Shown: piece by piece, positions 48,598 through 62,479 of the stretch
Position numbering within the stretch: the first letter of the stretch is position 1
Layout of the letters: every line of letters begins with the position of its first letter
Assembly: GCA_965287045.1 (NCBI GenBank)
Contig: OZ336878.1
Coordinates: forward strand, 42,346,001-42,410,000
Origin: Carcharhinus amblyrhynchos
Lineage: Eukaryota
Length of the DNA stretch: 64,000 nt
Reading direction: 5' to 3'
The notes under the pieces: model-generated
Seen by the model: only the letters and a program-made list of their open reading frames with translations
Told to the model about the DNA's origin: nothing
Database searches by the model: none
Made by a program: the position numbers and the translations under genes

Positions 48598-49118
48598 TTA
48601 AGAACATAAGAACATAAGAAATAGGAGCAGGAGTAGGCCATCTAGCCCTTCGAGCCTGCCCCGCCATTCAATAAGATCATGGCTGATCTGTTGTGGCTCA
48701 GTTCCACTTTCCCGCCCTCTCCCCATAACCCTTAATCCCCTCTCTTATCAAGAACCCATCAACCCGCTTCTTAAAAATATTTAGCGAGGCAGCCTCCACC
48801 ACTTCAACGGGCAGAGAATTCCAGAGATTCACCACCCTTTGAGTGAAGAAGTTCCTCCTCAACTCCGTTCTAAACTGCCTCCCCTTTATCTTGAGGCTGT
48901 GCCCCCTAGTCCTACTGTCTTTTTTGAGCGGGAAGAGTCTCTCCACCTCTATCCTATCCATCCCATTCATCATCTTATACGTCTCAATGAGATCTCCCCT
49001 CATTCTTCTCAACTCTAACGAGTACAAGCCTAGTTTATTCAGCCTCTCCTCATAGCTCAATCCCCTCAACTCTGGTATCAGCCTAGTAAACCTCCTCTGC
49101 ACTCCCTCCAGGGCCAAA
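48598..49118 (-). mobile_element. Young CR1 3' fragment (family of 1762-4200)
   Basis: ORF 48698-49117 nearly identical to the end of ORF 1880-4114; (TTCTTATG)n tail. Confidence 0.95.
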
Positions 49119-49548
49119 ATTCTAATTATAATTAACTGGAATTTTGTATTCCACGTTATTCACTGCTCTTGACTGTTTTAACAGTTTCCACAGCCAATGT
49201 ATATGGTGACACTAAAGACTGAACTTCCATTGTAGGAGTGGAAAGCTGATGTGGAGATCTGTCCCAATCCCACATGATGTATTCCAGACACAATCATCAG
49301 TATGTTTTAAGGAATGCCCAAACTAAAGGGCAAGAGGTAGTCTTGACATTCACTTTGGGATTATAGATAGGCTCCTGAATCTGGAGAGATTCTGGGGGGC
49401 CCTCTGGCTCTGCTATTTGGCAGAGGCAGCGAGAGGGGAAGAGGCAGTTAGTAAGACTTTTTTTCTTTTTGAAGGCCATATATGCCATGATCTTGGAGGA
49501 GTGATAGTTCCATGAGATGGCCAGTTGTCGCAGCTGTGGGTATGAGGA

Positions 49549-50432
49549 CATAGAACATAAAACGTAGAACATAGAACATTACAGCGTAGTACAGACCCTT
49601 CAGCCCTCGGTGTTGCGCCGACTTGTGAAACCAATCTAAAGCCCATCTAACCTACACTATTCCAATATCATCCATATGTTTATCCAATGACCATTTAAAC
49701 ACCCTTAATGTTGGTGAATCCACTACTGATGCAGGCAGGACATTCCACGCCCTTACTACTTTCTGAGTAAAGAACCTACGTCTGACATCTGTCCTATATC
49801 TATCGCCCCTCAATTTAAAACTATGTCCCCTCATGCTAGCCATCTCCATGTGAAGAAAAAGGCTGTCACTGTCCATCCTATCTAATCCTCTGATCACCTT
49901 ATATACCTTGATTAAGTTACCTCTGGGCCAGGTGGGATTTATCCTAGGATTCTCTGGGAGGCTAGAGAGGAGATTGCAGAGCTTTGGCTTTGATCTTCAG
50001 GTCATCATTGTCTACAAGAATAGTGCCAGAAGACTGGAGGATAGCAAATGTTGTCCCGTTGATCAAGAAGGGGAGTAGAGACAACCCTGGTAATTATAGA
50101 CCAGTGAGCCTTACTTCTGTTGTGGGCAAAGTTTTGGAAAGGATTATAAGAGATAGGATTTATAATCATCTAGAAAGCATGGTTTTGTGAAGGGTATGTT
50201 GTGCCTCACAAATCTTATTGAGTTCTTTGAGAAGGTGACCAAAGAGGTGGATGAGAGTAAAGCAGTTGATGTGGTGTACATGGATTTTGGTAAAGCGTTT
50301 GATAAGGTTCCCCATGGTAAGCTGAAGATACGGAGGCATGGGATTCAGGGTGATTTAGCAGTTTGGATCAGAAATTGGCTAGCTGCAAGAAGACAGAGGG
50401 TGGTAGTTGATGGGAAGTGTTCATCCTGGAGG
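49549..50432. mobile_element. CR1 insertion with internal inversion: 3' end on - (49549-49924) joined to an RT segment on + (49925-50432)
   Basis: Minus: RGNLIKVYK..FFTQKVVRAWN plus (TTCTATG)n; plus: GPGGIYPRIL..NYRPVSLTS..MDFGKAFDKVPHG..SSWR. Confidence 0.85.
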
Positions 50433-50894
50433 AGGTAGTGGTGTGGGGATGGCTGGGGGTGGGGGGTGGATGGGTGGTCACTGACCAGTTCAAGCACAAA
50501 ATGTATCAACACAAGTTGTAACTGGATTCTATGGTGGTGCTTTTTAAAGCAAAACTTTGCCTTACATGGAATGAAAAGAGAACATCAAAAACTGCTTAAC
50601 TGGACTGTTCCCCAGGAACAGGTACATTTTCATGGAGAACCTTTAAACAGGAATTGAGGGTCAAATGATTAAAGTAATAGGAATTTTACAGTCATTAACA
50701 AAACCACAAACAAAATAGACTTGCCAATCATATTTTCCTAGGGAAGTTATAGCTACAGCACTGACGTTTTGAAAACCACATAGAATCTAATCATAGGAAA
50801 TACTCCAAAGCAATTAGTGCTTTAGTTGCACGATTCACTAACTTTCTGAACAGCTCCACTATTATTCCTTCAGATGTACAGATTGGAGAAACTT

Positions 50895-51180
50895 GAACTC
50901 GGAGGTGCGGTTTAAAAATAAGAGGTCTCTCTTTTAAGACAGAGGTGTGGGAAACATTTTTCTTTTAGAGATTCATTATTCTGTAGAATTCTGTTCACTA
51001 GAACGCAGTGGAGGTTGGATCATTGAATTTATTCAAGGCAGAGTTAGGCAAGGGAGTCAAGGGTAATGGGAAGAGTGGAGTTGAGACCACAACCAGATCA
51101 GCCATGGCCTTATGGAATGTCAAATATGGCTTAAAAGGCCAAATGGCCGACTCTTGGTTTTAAGTCCTGCGTTCCCATGT
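50895..51180 (+). mobile_element. Old CR1 3' fragment
   Basis: TTTAAAAATAAGAGGT..., CAGATCAGCCATG, AAATGGCCGACTC 3'UTR motifs. Confidence 0.6.
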
Positions 51181-51474
51181 TCCAATCTATGAAAATAGTT
51201 CAAGATTTCATTTGTAACAAAAGTGCCGGAGCGGGGGGGCAGCGTGGTGGAGATGTATATAGTGTTAGAGGAACTCCCCAAGCCTAGTTGTGAAGAAGAC
51301 ATTGAGACGAGGACTGTTTATTGCAGAGCTGATTTCTCTACCAAAACCTCACACCCAGTGCTGGCAAACTGTTCTTACAAAACCTAATCAATACCCAATA
51401 CTTGATACCCAGTAGTTTTACATAATCGTGTTATTTAATATTGATCAATAGAACCTATTTGAGTTTTTAAAATT

Positions 51475-52180
51475 CCTTTGCAGTATTTGGGCGCCACTGG
51501 CTCAATAAGCATTCAATGCCCATTCCCAGTTGCCTTTGAGAAGATGGTGGTGAGCTGCTTTCTTGAATCTGAAGTGTAGATACACCAACAGTGCAGTTAG
51601 AGATGGAGTTCCAGAATTCTGACCCAGTGACTGTGAAGGAACAGCTATATTTCCAAGTCAGGGTGGTGAGTGGCTTGGTAGGGAACCTACAAGTGGTGGT
51701 GTACCCAGATATCTGCTGCTCCTATCCTTCTAGATGATAATAGCTTGGAAGGGGCTGCCTAAATAACTTTGGTGAGTTCCTGCAGCGCATCTTGTAGATG
51801 GTACACATGGCTGCCACTGTTTATTGGTGGTGGAGCAATTGCATGTTCGTGGAAGGGATAGCAAAGAAGTGGGCTGCTTTGTTCTGGATGGTGTCAAGCT
51901 TCCTGAATGACATTAGATCTGCACTCATCCAGGCAAGTGGACAGTATTTGATTACACTCCTGACTTGTGCCTTGATGGGGTCAGGCGGTGAGTTACTCAT
52001 TGCAGGATTCCTAGCCTTTGACCTGCTCTGGTAGCCACAGTATTTATATGGCTAAACCAGTCCAGTTTCTGGACAATGGTTTTCCCTAGGATGTTAATAA
52101 TAAGAATTCAACACTGGTAATGCCATTGAATGTCATGGGACGATGGTTAGATCCTCTCTTGTTGAGGATGGTCATTGATA
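51475..52180 (-). mobile_element. Second LINE family, 3' fragment
   Basis: Reverse complement of ~22200-23490 without the nested CR1 (TTGAGAAGATGGTGGTGAGCTGC, TTCCAAGTCAGGGTGG, CATCCAGGCAAGTGG, CCTGACTTGTGCCTTG). Confidence 0.85.
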
Positions 52181-53415
52181 ATCCCATCTGCAGCCTAAAA
52201 TTTGTATAGGTTTTACATATTTAAGTTTTAGTTTGCAAAACATTAGTGAAAAATAATTAACAAATCACTTTGAAAATTAATACATTGTCCATAGCCAGCT
52301 CTGGAATAGTGGTGGAATATCTGGAATGTTCTTTCAACTTGGCTTACTATAATTCTCCCAATTGTGCTATTAGGAACTTGTTTTAATAAAACTTGGCACT
52401 GTGAAAGGTAGAGAGAAACAATGCTTAAAAGTTAAGATTACCTGAGGCGGTATATAAATAATCTGTTGATCTTTAAAAAAAAATTAACAGCCATAATGGG
52501 AACATCACTGTTAAAAACATGCATAGTTTCTGGTGTAATGAGATTAAATCTCATCATCAAAAATCAATGTTTGCTGCTTGTAATAGCCACAGGTGCTAAT
52601 GTCCATATGGATGGAAGGATGCAAAAAATGGCAGAATAACCTCAACTGTGTTTTATAAACCAGTGTTATCCAGGAAACAAGGAAATACACATTGATACTA
52701 AGATCATAGTCAGAACATAAACCACAAAAATATTTGACATGCCCCCCACATCTTTTAAAACTTACATGCATTTCTACATCTCTATGATGTTTTAAAAGAT
52801 ATATCATTCTTCCACAATGGAAACCCCTGCCTCAAGTAGTATTTCTTGTGCTAAGTTTTTTAAGCCATCAGTTCAACTGAGAAAGAAAATGGAATGTCAT
52901 GTCATATGCCTCTTATAACCTTCCTCCACCACTTCTGCAGACACATCACAGCACCAGTTTAGCATTATTCCATTCCTACTTGCCTGAAGGTAGGAAGCTG
53001 TTGTGTCAATGCTTTTTTTTAGAATTGCCCTCATTGGTTCTGAAGGTGGACTTTTGAATGAAGGTACCATCCTAGTGATGGATTTCCTGTCTGGTCCTTT
53101 ACAAATGTAGATTTTGCTGTGAGTGAGATGGCAGGAAGATTGGGAACTGGAATTGCCATAGAGATATCTACATCAGCCATGTAAATTGTTATCACCACAA
53201 CCACAGCCACTACCATCATCCTCCTCCTACTGATCATTTTCTCATTGTGGTCAGAAAACTGTGTGAAGGTGAGGCCAGGACAACTGTAGGGCAATTATAG
53301 CTTCTTAGTATGATTTTGCAGTTTGATAAATCCAAAGGATGTAGACCACCCTAGACTGCAATACTAATCATGGTATTTGCAATATTAGAACTTTGGCTAT
53401 GGGATGCTTCTCAAG

Positions 53416-53418
<3 letters not shown>

Positions 53419-53498
<80 letters not shown>
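53419..53498. repeat. (GT)n microsatellite, about 40 units
   Basis: Direct reading. Confidence 0.98.
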
Positions 53499-53499
<1 letters not shown>

Positions 53500-54139
53500 G
53501 ATCCATCATGAAGTACTGGACAGAAATTGGTTGTGAGACCTGTGAAAAACTTTTAAAGTCACAGGCTGTATGGTATACATTCAAATGATTCTATGATGGA
53601 TTGATCTTGATCTATCAAACAACGTCTCACTTTGTCACAATTTTTTATCCTCCATGAATGTTTGTCACTGTGTGATACAGTTGTTGCCACATTGGGCTGT
53701 GAGACGTTAGGCTGAAGCTACAGTGTTGTCTCAGTAATTGCCATCTCTCGGTCTCTAGATGAGAAAAGCAAAGTCTTTACCATGCTTTCAGGAAGAAAAT
53801 CTTTATTGCACCTCATAAAGATTTACAGAATGTGACAATGTTGACTAGTCTTTTAGGGGATGAATGAATAAGTAAATAAGGAATTACGTAATGATAAACA
53901 AATATTAGCCATGAATCTGAGGGAGGCCTCTATCTACATGTTCACTCAATTCATAGCCTTCATGTCCAATATCTTGACGGCACTTTTCTTATTAGGGGAT
54001 CATGGTCCGAAATTCCATGAATGCTCCCTAGTTTTCCACACTCTCTGCTACTCTGTCTGCAACTGCTAACGCTTATATGTTGCATCAGGTTTATAGTAAC
54101 AAACAATGAAGAAGCTTGACAAGTCAATCCATGGAGGTA

Positions 54140-54250
54140 TTCTAATGAAAGGTCATCAATCTGAAACCTCAGTTTCTCTCTCTACAGATGCTGCCAGACC
54201 TATTGAATGTTTTGACATTTCTTCATTTTACTTCTGATTTTCAATGCTGT
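54140..54250 (+). mobile_element. Penelope-like terminal-repeat arm with degenerate hammerhead core
   Basis: CTAATGAAAGGTCATCAATCTGAAAC followed by TTTCTCTCTCTACAGATGCTGCCAGACCT. Confidence 0.55.
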
Positions 54251-56349
54251 TCTGGTAGGATGTCACATGGTATATACATTGCCTGGTAAGCTTGGCTAGG
54301 TGTTAGGATGTGATAAAATAGGACCATTAACAAAGCCAATAATTGAGAATGTGTTTTGGTGGTTGTATGGTTAAAACAAAAAAAAGGTATTTTTGTCAAG
54401 GAAATTGGAAAAAGAAAAGACAGATTGGCTGGGTTGATGGAACTAGGGTTTTGAGATGCTGATCAGTCTAACAGTACTGTGAACTAATTTTTACTGAAGG
54501 CAAATTGGTAACAGTGGGAGATGGAGTGTCAAAATCTAAAATAGAGATGGTAAAAATTCAAAAGAGAAGATTGGCATGCATTTCACATTTACATTCTGAA
54601 AGGTGAACTCATGTAATAAAGGTAGTTAGAAGTGACTTCTGAGAAGTTTAGTTCAGAAAAGGTAAAATCAAAAGAAAAAACAGCGTATTAGAGGTAAATT
54701 CACCCGATGCAAGAGGATTGTTTTGAGACTGCAGCCCACGTAGCAAGCTGTATCTGGAGAAAGTCTGTTTAAATCAGAAGCAACTCCAAAAAATATGGGT
54801 GCCATGTGTGGTAACTATTGCTGGATTCTGATTATAAGTTTTAAAACCTATGGGATGTTATTTGGGAAGATTTAGCTCTGACGTTAAAAAATTAGAAAGA
54901 TTTGAAGTGGGTAAATTTAAAGATATTGTGGATAGCCATTAATATAATTAAATGTAGTTTTAGTTGACTTTAATTTTGTGTGTTTTGCTGTTTAACAAGC
55001 ATTTATTTTGTTTAAAATCATCACAAAATTATCTGGGACATCCTTCACTTGTCAGTAAATTATGCCAAATTGCAAAGATAAAGTTGAGAGCAAGCATTCC
55101 AGAGTTGCCATTTAGGTTTTGGAATACCCTGGCATTTACCATCAGCTGTGCTTTCAACAAAGGTCAAAATATGTCTTCCTCACCTGCTCAAAGCCTTCGA
55201 GCACAGGTGCCTGCATGAAGCACTCTATTGCCCCCAGCAGTGCTTCTCTGGATGTATCCCTTATCCTCTTTGGAGACAATCGTTGATTTCCTGCAATTAG
55301 ATCTTGGGTTTTGTACACCAGTCCAGGTTGTAACCTATGACTCCTGACCCTGTGACACTCATATCCCCACCATGACCTCAGGCCACCTACTCCATCATTG
55401 TTCATCCAACATTTAGTGGCCAAGTGTGTTTTTAAAGAACAGTTATCCTTTTCAAGTGTGAATTATTTAAGTGCTTGAGAACAAGCCCTGAAGTTTTTTT
55501 TTGTTCACTTTACCTTTATAGGTGGAAAACAGGCACCTGATCCGCATATCTTGTAAAGTCAACTGCTGATGAAACCAGACAAGGCAGTTAGTGACTGAGT
55601 GGGCATAAACTGATGGCAGAGTTTGGAGGTTGGTATTAATTCACTTATCCTAACTGCTCCATTAACTTATTGATTTGTTGGTGTGCCTCTTGTCTAATAA
55701 TTAATTCTTTCTCTCTTGTCCATTAATCTATTGATTTACTCAGGCACCCCGTGCTTTAGCATTTTTTTCTAATTTACTGGCAATTGCTTCTCCATGAATT
55801 TATTTATTTGCTGGATGCTTCATGTTGGTGTGCTGTTGCTGCATTCATTCACCTGTTCATAATGGTACTCACTGCACCATTATTAGAGAATCACAGCATC
55901 ATACAGCACTGAAAGAGGCCCATTGGTCCATAATTTCTGTGTTAGCTGTTTGAAAGAGTTATCCATAGTCCCATTCCCCTGCCCTTTCTGTATGGCCAAG
56001 AAAATATTTCTCCTGACAGTATTTATCCAATTAGTTTATTAAGGTATTGGTGTTCCATGGTGTACAGCCATAAAATTCAGCAAGAACCAAAACAGGTGCC
56101 TGAAACACATATACAGGCAGAGTGCAAATTTTGTGCTGCTTTCTTTTTACATGGTTGTGGTGTGCAACAATGCTAAGGGCACAGCTGAAAGGCTGCACGT
56201 CGAAACAGGGAACTTAAAATTGTTTGGAGCTAACATGGGTTCAATCTAACCTATGTCTTCTAAAGATAGCCTGATTCTCTCAAAAGACAGTCAGGAGGGG
56301 TTGCTGGATGTCATTCTAGCAGTGAATTTCCCCAGAGAAAAAGACAAGA

Positions 56350-56527
56350 ATGGCACAGCTTACCAAGAGGGGGTTTGAAATTCTTATGATGCAGTTTTGA
56401 TGTGGGAGGTGCGTAGGAAGAGAGAGGTCCTCGATCCATAGGGGGCAAGGACATCCAGACAACTACTGTGAAGGAAGTGAGATCAGGCCACCATTATGAT
56501 CAGTGCCAGCATTCTAGCCCCAGAATC
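56350..56527 (+). pseudogene. Harbinger-associated Myb/SANT-like protein, N-terminal remnant
   Basis: EVRRKREVLDP*GARTSRQLL*RK*DQATIMISASILAPR, homologous by eye to 42560-42780(-). Confidence 0.6.
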
Positions 56528-57256
56528 CTTGTCTATCATGTATATTGTGGGGTGATCTCCTGGCCTCACTGCACCTGGTTCAGATTGAGCGATCCCGAAA
56601 AATTGTGTGCGGGCCTAAAAATGGGCTTCGTGCCTGGCGCCAAATGGCTTGCAATCGTCTCAGTCCCTTTCTCCTGGTGCAAACTGGATTCTTCCAGCTC
56701 CTGGGTTCTTCGAACCCTCAGGCACGGCGCAAGCCTGGCAAAAATCACGACTGGTCTCCACTGGTGGAGACCAGGCATGATGACAACGCCCGAGGGCTCG
56801 AAAGCCACTGAAGCCCTCAGGTTGTCAGGGGACATGATGTCTGCCATGAAGGGGGACCCACTGGGAGGGTCCCAGTGCCCTGATGCCGGCGATCTGTGTT
56901 GGGGAGGGGATGGAGAAACATGCTGCCAATGAGGTCCATAATGGGAAGGAGGGGCTCCCAGTGCTCAGTGAGATTGGGACACCCTTTGAAAATGCCGCCT
57001 GATTGCTTTGTAGCCGGGCTCACTGGTGTGTTTAGGCATTGCCCCTCCCAGAACTGGCGCGTAATTCATCACTGCCCCAAAAGATGACTAAGTGTGGGAT
57101 GATTGTGGTCCGGACCACGCTGGACAGTCCAGTATGGATCGCTCTGGTTTTCTTGCTGTTATGACACTTTGTCATTTTTGGGAAAATCACTGTATCTTAA
57201 GATGTTGAACAATCTCCCATGAATGCTCAAGGCCCATGAATGCCTCACATTTACTG

Positions 57257-58032
57257 AAGTTTAATCCGGACAAATGTGAGGCAATTCATTTTGGAAGGTC
57301 TAATACAGATAGGAAATATACAGTAAATGGCAGAACCCTTAAGAGTATTGATTGGCAAAGGGATCTTGGTGTACAAATACACAGGTCACTGAAAGTGGCA
57401 GTGCAGGTGGAGAAGGTAGTCAAGAAGGCATACGGAATGCTTGCCTTCATTGGCCAGGGCATTGAGTTTAAAAATTGGCAAGTCATGTTGCAGTTTTATA
57501 GAACCTTATTTAGGCTGCACTTGGAATATAGTGTTCAATTCTGACACCACCAGAAGGATGTGGAGGCTTTGAAGAGGGTACAGAAAAGATTTACCAGGAC
57601 GTTGCCTGGTATGGAGGGCATTAGCTATGAGAAGAGGTTGAAGAAACTTGGTTTGTTCTCACTGGAGTGACAGAGGTTGAGGGGAGACTTGATAGAAGCC
57701 TACAAGATTATGAGAGGCATGGACAGAGTGGATAGTCAGAAATCTTTTCCCAGGATGGAAGAGTCAATTACTAGGGGCCATAGGTTTAAGGTGTGATGGA
57801 CAAGGTTTAAAAGAGGTGTACGAGGCAGACTTTTTACACAGAGAGTAGTCGGTGCCTGGAACTCGTTGCCGAGGGAGATAGTGGACATCTTGATAAGTAC
57901 ATGAATAGGATGGGAATAGAAGGATATCATCCCCAGAAGGATAGAGGGTTTTAATTAAGTCAGGCAGCATGGTCAGTGCAGGATTGGAGGGCTGAAGTGC
58001 CTGTTCTTGTGCTATAATTTTCTTTGCTCTTT
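57257..58032 (+). mobile_element. Decayed CR1 3' fragment (related to 40410-41553)
   Basis: KFNPDKCEAIHFGRSN...KAYGMLAFIGQGIEFK...RGDLIEAYK...FFTQRVVGAWN. Confidence 0.92.
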
Positions 58033-59389
58033 GAATGCATCTTCACATGCCATATCCTCACACCTGATACACTAGCATCACATATTACTCAATGCAGCAC
58101 CTACCTTCATTCCTGCACCAATAATCTCAATCAATCCTGGCTCATCATTATCATGATCTCACTTCATTCTCACACTCTTAGAATTTAGGTGTGAGCCTCA
58201 CACTCATAACCTGTGACAAGGGCAGGATCTTTCGCCTTTAAAAGTGATCATGGATCAGAATGAATTCTGGCTCATTCTTCTGTATTTTCTGGCAGCATTC
58301 CTGCTGACACAATCTAATGGGAGGTGGTCTCTGTGTCTGCCTTACAGCTAAGGATGTTAGACAGGTTCCTCTGGCTGCAGTCCCAATCAGACCACCTGCA
58401 GTCTTGGAAGGACAGTCTTCTTGGCAGAGGTGGGCCTGTCATTGCAGTCAGTGAACTGTGAGAGCACCTTCATCTTGAGCCAAAATCTGAAGAGGTTTCT
58501 GCTTTTTAAAACTGTGGCCACAGCAGTCTGGATGACACTACGGAAAGGGAAAACCTCCCTACAGGATGGCCCATGACTGTTGAAGTAGCCCACTGATCCC
58601 TGTGCTGCCATTGTTGGGGAGGGGACAGACAGGGAGGGTAGAAGACTTCAATGAGACTTTGCAGGCTCCCTGGTCTTCTGCCCTTGTTTTGGTCTCATCA
58701 ATTGGCCCACCAGCTGCTCAGAAGATGGCAGCAGTGTCCCCATTACAACTGAGCACTTTATATGTAGATTACTGCATATTTCTAACAGGTATGCAAGCCA
58801 GAGCTGCTTCCAACCTGCCTCCATCAAGGTTAGTCAGAGGCAAAAGTACTTTAGCCCATTATTCCTGTCCCACTTTCCTCCAGGTCCTGCCTTCATACCC
58901 ACTCCATAGAAACAGGAAGGTTTCACACACTGATCATTATTCAATCATTCCATTACCGAAACACCTTGCACCAAACTCACTAATACACTCGAATCTCTCT
59001 TGTAGGATAAATAACTCAGAAGTGTAAGCAGCAGCACCTAATCTATGGTCAATAGGCACAGCTGTATGTCCTTCCCCTAATAGCAGAGAATGTGCTGCCA
59101 TACTATGTGAGGCCATAGTCACCTACCTGCTAAAACCATCAACTATGACAGTATTCGCATGCCTAATCCTCCTTCTTATATCCCACTTCTCCCCCATCCC
59201 ATAATCCCTTCAGCTTTGTGATCTGCAGGTGGTGTAAATATTTGCCTCTTACTTTACCCCACCCCATCTCCACCACATCACTGTCCTTACATCTTTATCC
59301 CTTCAAATACCCAAGGATTGATAACTGGTCAGGCAGTAGTGCAGAAGCTTGAAGGCCAAGCGGTCCAGGACACCCACAATGAAAAGATA

Positions 59390-60400
59390 CTGCTATGAAT
59401 TCAGTAAACTTGTAAACTATCTAGGATTTACTCATTAAAAAATCATACCCCAGTGGCCGAGAGTTAATGGTGAAGTCGAGTTTAATGCACATTTTGAAAA
59501 AATACACACAGATGCAGCTGAAAGTAAGGCTTGGGAGCAAATGCTGTATTGCTTTCTTCACAATTATACAGCAATTCATCACTCAACTATTGGAAAGCCT
59601 CTAGCTACACCTATCTTTACACATCCAATGTGCACATGTCTTCATGAGATACCGAGTAGAATTAATGACCAACACGTAGGGGAAGGCAATTGAGAACTAA
59701 AGGATCGAATGAGAATAAATGCAGAGCGAAACTTGAAATTTACAGCAATACCACACAAGGCACGGATAAAATGGTCATGTTGGAAAGCAAGCAACCCCTA
59801 CGACTTCCAATCATTTGCTGTGACCAACACAAATAGATCAATGATCACTACAAATCATGGTTCACAAATCACCACATGAAATGTATCATTCTTCAAAGCA
59901 CTGAAAATCCATACACATTGAATCAATTCTGACATCAACATGGACACATCAGATAAAGGCCAACATGAGTCAAAGGACACCAACCTGTAGTTAGATGACA
60001 TCCTACTCGTGAGAGACTTCCACCATACTAAAGTGATTATATTATGAAGTAAATTATTTTTAGAAGATGAACAAATTTTCATTATATTGTATATACTTCT
60101 GCGCATTGATATAGTAATACAAGAGTTAGAATATGTAATAAGTTGAATGTTCAAATGGTTCTTAAGTTTATTGTTTACACTTTGGAACATGGTATATTGC
60201 TCATTTACTAAGAAGGGGAGGAACGTAATGTGTCGGTGTATTGAAATTGAGATATGTACATACTTGTCATTTGAAACCACAATACAGAATTGTACTAGCA
60301 GAGAAAGTCTACAGCAGAAGCAGAGAGTCTAAAGCAGTTGTTTTAATAAAATAAGGCACTATGCTCTTGCATTTTCAATTCTGTCTGTCTCTAGCTGTTT
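59390..60400 (+). mobile_element. Gypsy LTR-retrotransposon fossil: integrase 3' half, polypurine tract and start of 3' LTR
   Basis: FSKLVNYLGFTH*KIIPQWPRVNGEVE..W....FLHNYTAIHHSTIGKP parallels ITP.WPQANGEVER..FL.NYRATPHSTTG; tail PVVR*HPTRERLPPY*SDYI; PPT AAGAAGGGGAGGAA at ~60210-60223 followed by CGTAAT (probably TGTAAT). Confidence 0.75.
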
Positions 60401-61049
60401 CCAGTTCCAAGGAAGCTGCCAAAAGATTATTGGGAATGCTGAGGCTCCATCCTGGTGGGAGTGATATTGGCATCATGGGACACAAACCTGCTGTCCTCTC
60501 TCAAGATAACAGAATTTGTTCTTTCATCATTGCCACTCTATCAGTCTCTTTGCCCTTGCTGATCAGATAGACAACTCATGCTGCCATTCATTCTAAAATG
60601 CTATAGTCCAAAACCCAGCCTTCAATGCCCAGAGCTGCTAGAGGTCATCCTACCAGTGAAAGGCAGTCATACTGTATCCAAGGGGGTAACACTGCATAGG
60701 AACACTAGAACATTCAGATGCATTCAGAGCAGCTAAAAATAGTGGGCAATTAGAAGATTGGGAAAGATTTAAAAATCAACAAAGAATGACTAAGAAGATG
60801 TTAAACAAGTAAGGCACATGGAAGGACAGATAAAGATATATAGAAGAGAGGCACCAGGGGAATGCACAAGGGTGGTTAGTTGATTTTTGCATGGAGTTTT
60901 GGATGGTAACTTATAAAATTACATTTTTTTTATGGTCACTTTTAGCATTGTGGCCAAGAGGACACTGTGATGACTGATATTGGATGGAAGTCAAGGTGTG
61001 AGATTGATGGTGAATGGGGAATTGGCATTGTATTTATTGTTACTGCAAC

Positions 61050-61560
61050 TGCGGTCAGGTGAGTGAACAATGAACAGTCTAGATAGCAAGGGGCCTTCCT
61101 CCCTTTCCACACCACCTCTTCTTTTCCCTCCTCCTCGTCCTCTTCCTCCTTTTCCTCCTGTTTCTCCTCCTCGACTATTTGCTGGTGGCACGAGCTCATG
61201 ACTTTGTGCAAAATGCAGCGGACCACAATAAACCAGAACAAACACTTTAGGGATGACAGCAGGGTTCTTTTGCTATAGCCTATAGAAACCAATCAACAAC
61301 CAACATGAAAGTGGTTTATGATCCTTTTAAGTATCAGTGGTGAAAGTCTAGGCAGCAGCAATGTTGCTTGAGCACTGTAATGGGATATTTGATGACATTC
61401 CATGCAGCAGCAAAGCTCTCTTTATAAGTAAGTTGCCCATGTGAAAATGGGTTTGGCTTAAGGTGGTCCAACGATAACCTGCTGTGCAGTAGCCGTGCAT
61501 TAGAGTTAGGGTCAAATACTGACTGCTACAGAATAAAAGCATTCTAACTGCTGCCGGCGG
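61050..61560 (-). pseudogene. PIF/Harbinger transposase, C-terminal half
   Basis: Minus strand AGSS*NAFIL*QS...GQLTYKESFAAAWNVIKYPITVLKQHCCCLD...FIVVRCILHK plus acidic tail, paralleling PGSSHDAFILRQS...YNESHAATRNVIEQTIGVLKQRFRCLD...VVCCMLHN. Confidence 0.8.
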
Positions 61561-62479
61561 AGTTAAGAAATAGGAGCAGGTGTACAACTCATGACAAATT
61601 GCGTTCTTCTAAGCACTGAAAATACCATTTGTAAACATGAGTTTTCTTCAGCAAATCTTCACACATACACAACTTTTCTCCCTTTGAGGGTGTGTTGGAA
61701 GGATTCTTGAGCTGATTATCAACCCCTTAACTGCATTATGAAAATTTCTTCACCGGCCAACAGATCGTGGCAATGGACTTGAACCCAGAGCTGCTGGAGC
61801 ACTACCACTGTGACACAAGACCTCCATACAACATGACTGAAAGGAGACCGCAACTTGATGTGAACTTTCAACTCAACTTTGCATACTATCCTTGTACCCT
61901 TAATTCTTTACTAACACCAAATCTACCCATCCCTATCATGAGTATAATCAATGACTGAGCTATTTGGACAGGGAACTCCAAAGATTCTCAGCCTTTGAAT
62001 GAACTCAGTATTGACCTGTGTGTTGCTCTTAGTATATTTGCACACTGTACACATGTGCTAACCAATGTACATGCATTCACTAGCATCTTACTACCTTGAT
62101 GATGCCATATGCATAGTCTGTTTGCACCTCTCTGGAAAGAGATAATGAAATCTATTCCCTTCCATCTTTTTGCAGAAGGAGTATTGGTCAACTCCCCTAA
62201 ACATCAATGGACAGTGAATTGCAAGATGCTGGAGATGTTGCCTGCTCCAGCCTGGAAGGATTCTTATGTGAAAAAGCCAAAGGACATGGTTAGTTTTCAG
62301 AAGCCACTGGCAATATCATCCTCACCCTGCTCTGAGGCTACAATTCTGTCTGCAATAGATGACAGATGGAATGAGCACTTTCTATTTTGGTACAAATAGC
62401 GCACAAACTATTCCTCACTGAGGTTGTGCAACTGGAGAATTTCTCCCTGAGGACCCAGGATAGATATCCCAAGCTTGTG

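Noticed and set aside
54255-55160. Possible long solo LTR (also ~18960-20320 on minus and ~51210-51440)
   Set aside because: Composition is suggestive but I could not establish both termini or a TSD
59855-60280. 141-aa minus-strand ORF
   Set aside because: Antisense to the Gypsy integrase tail and 3' region; no motifs
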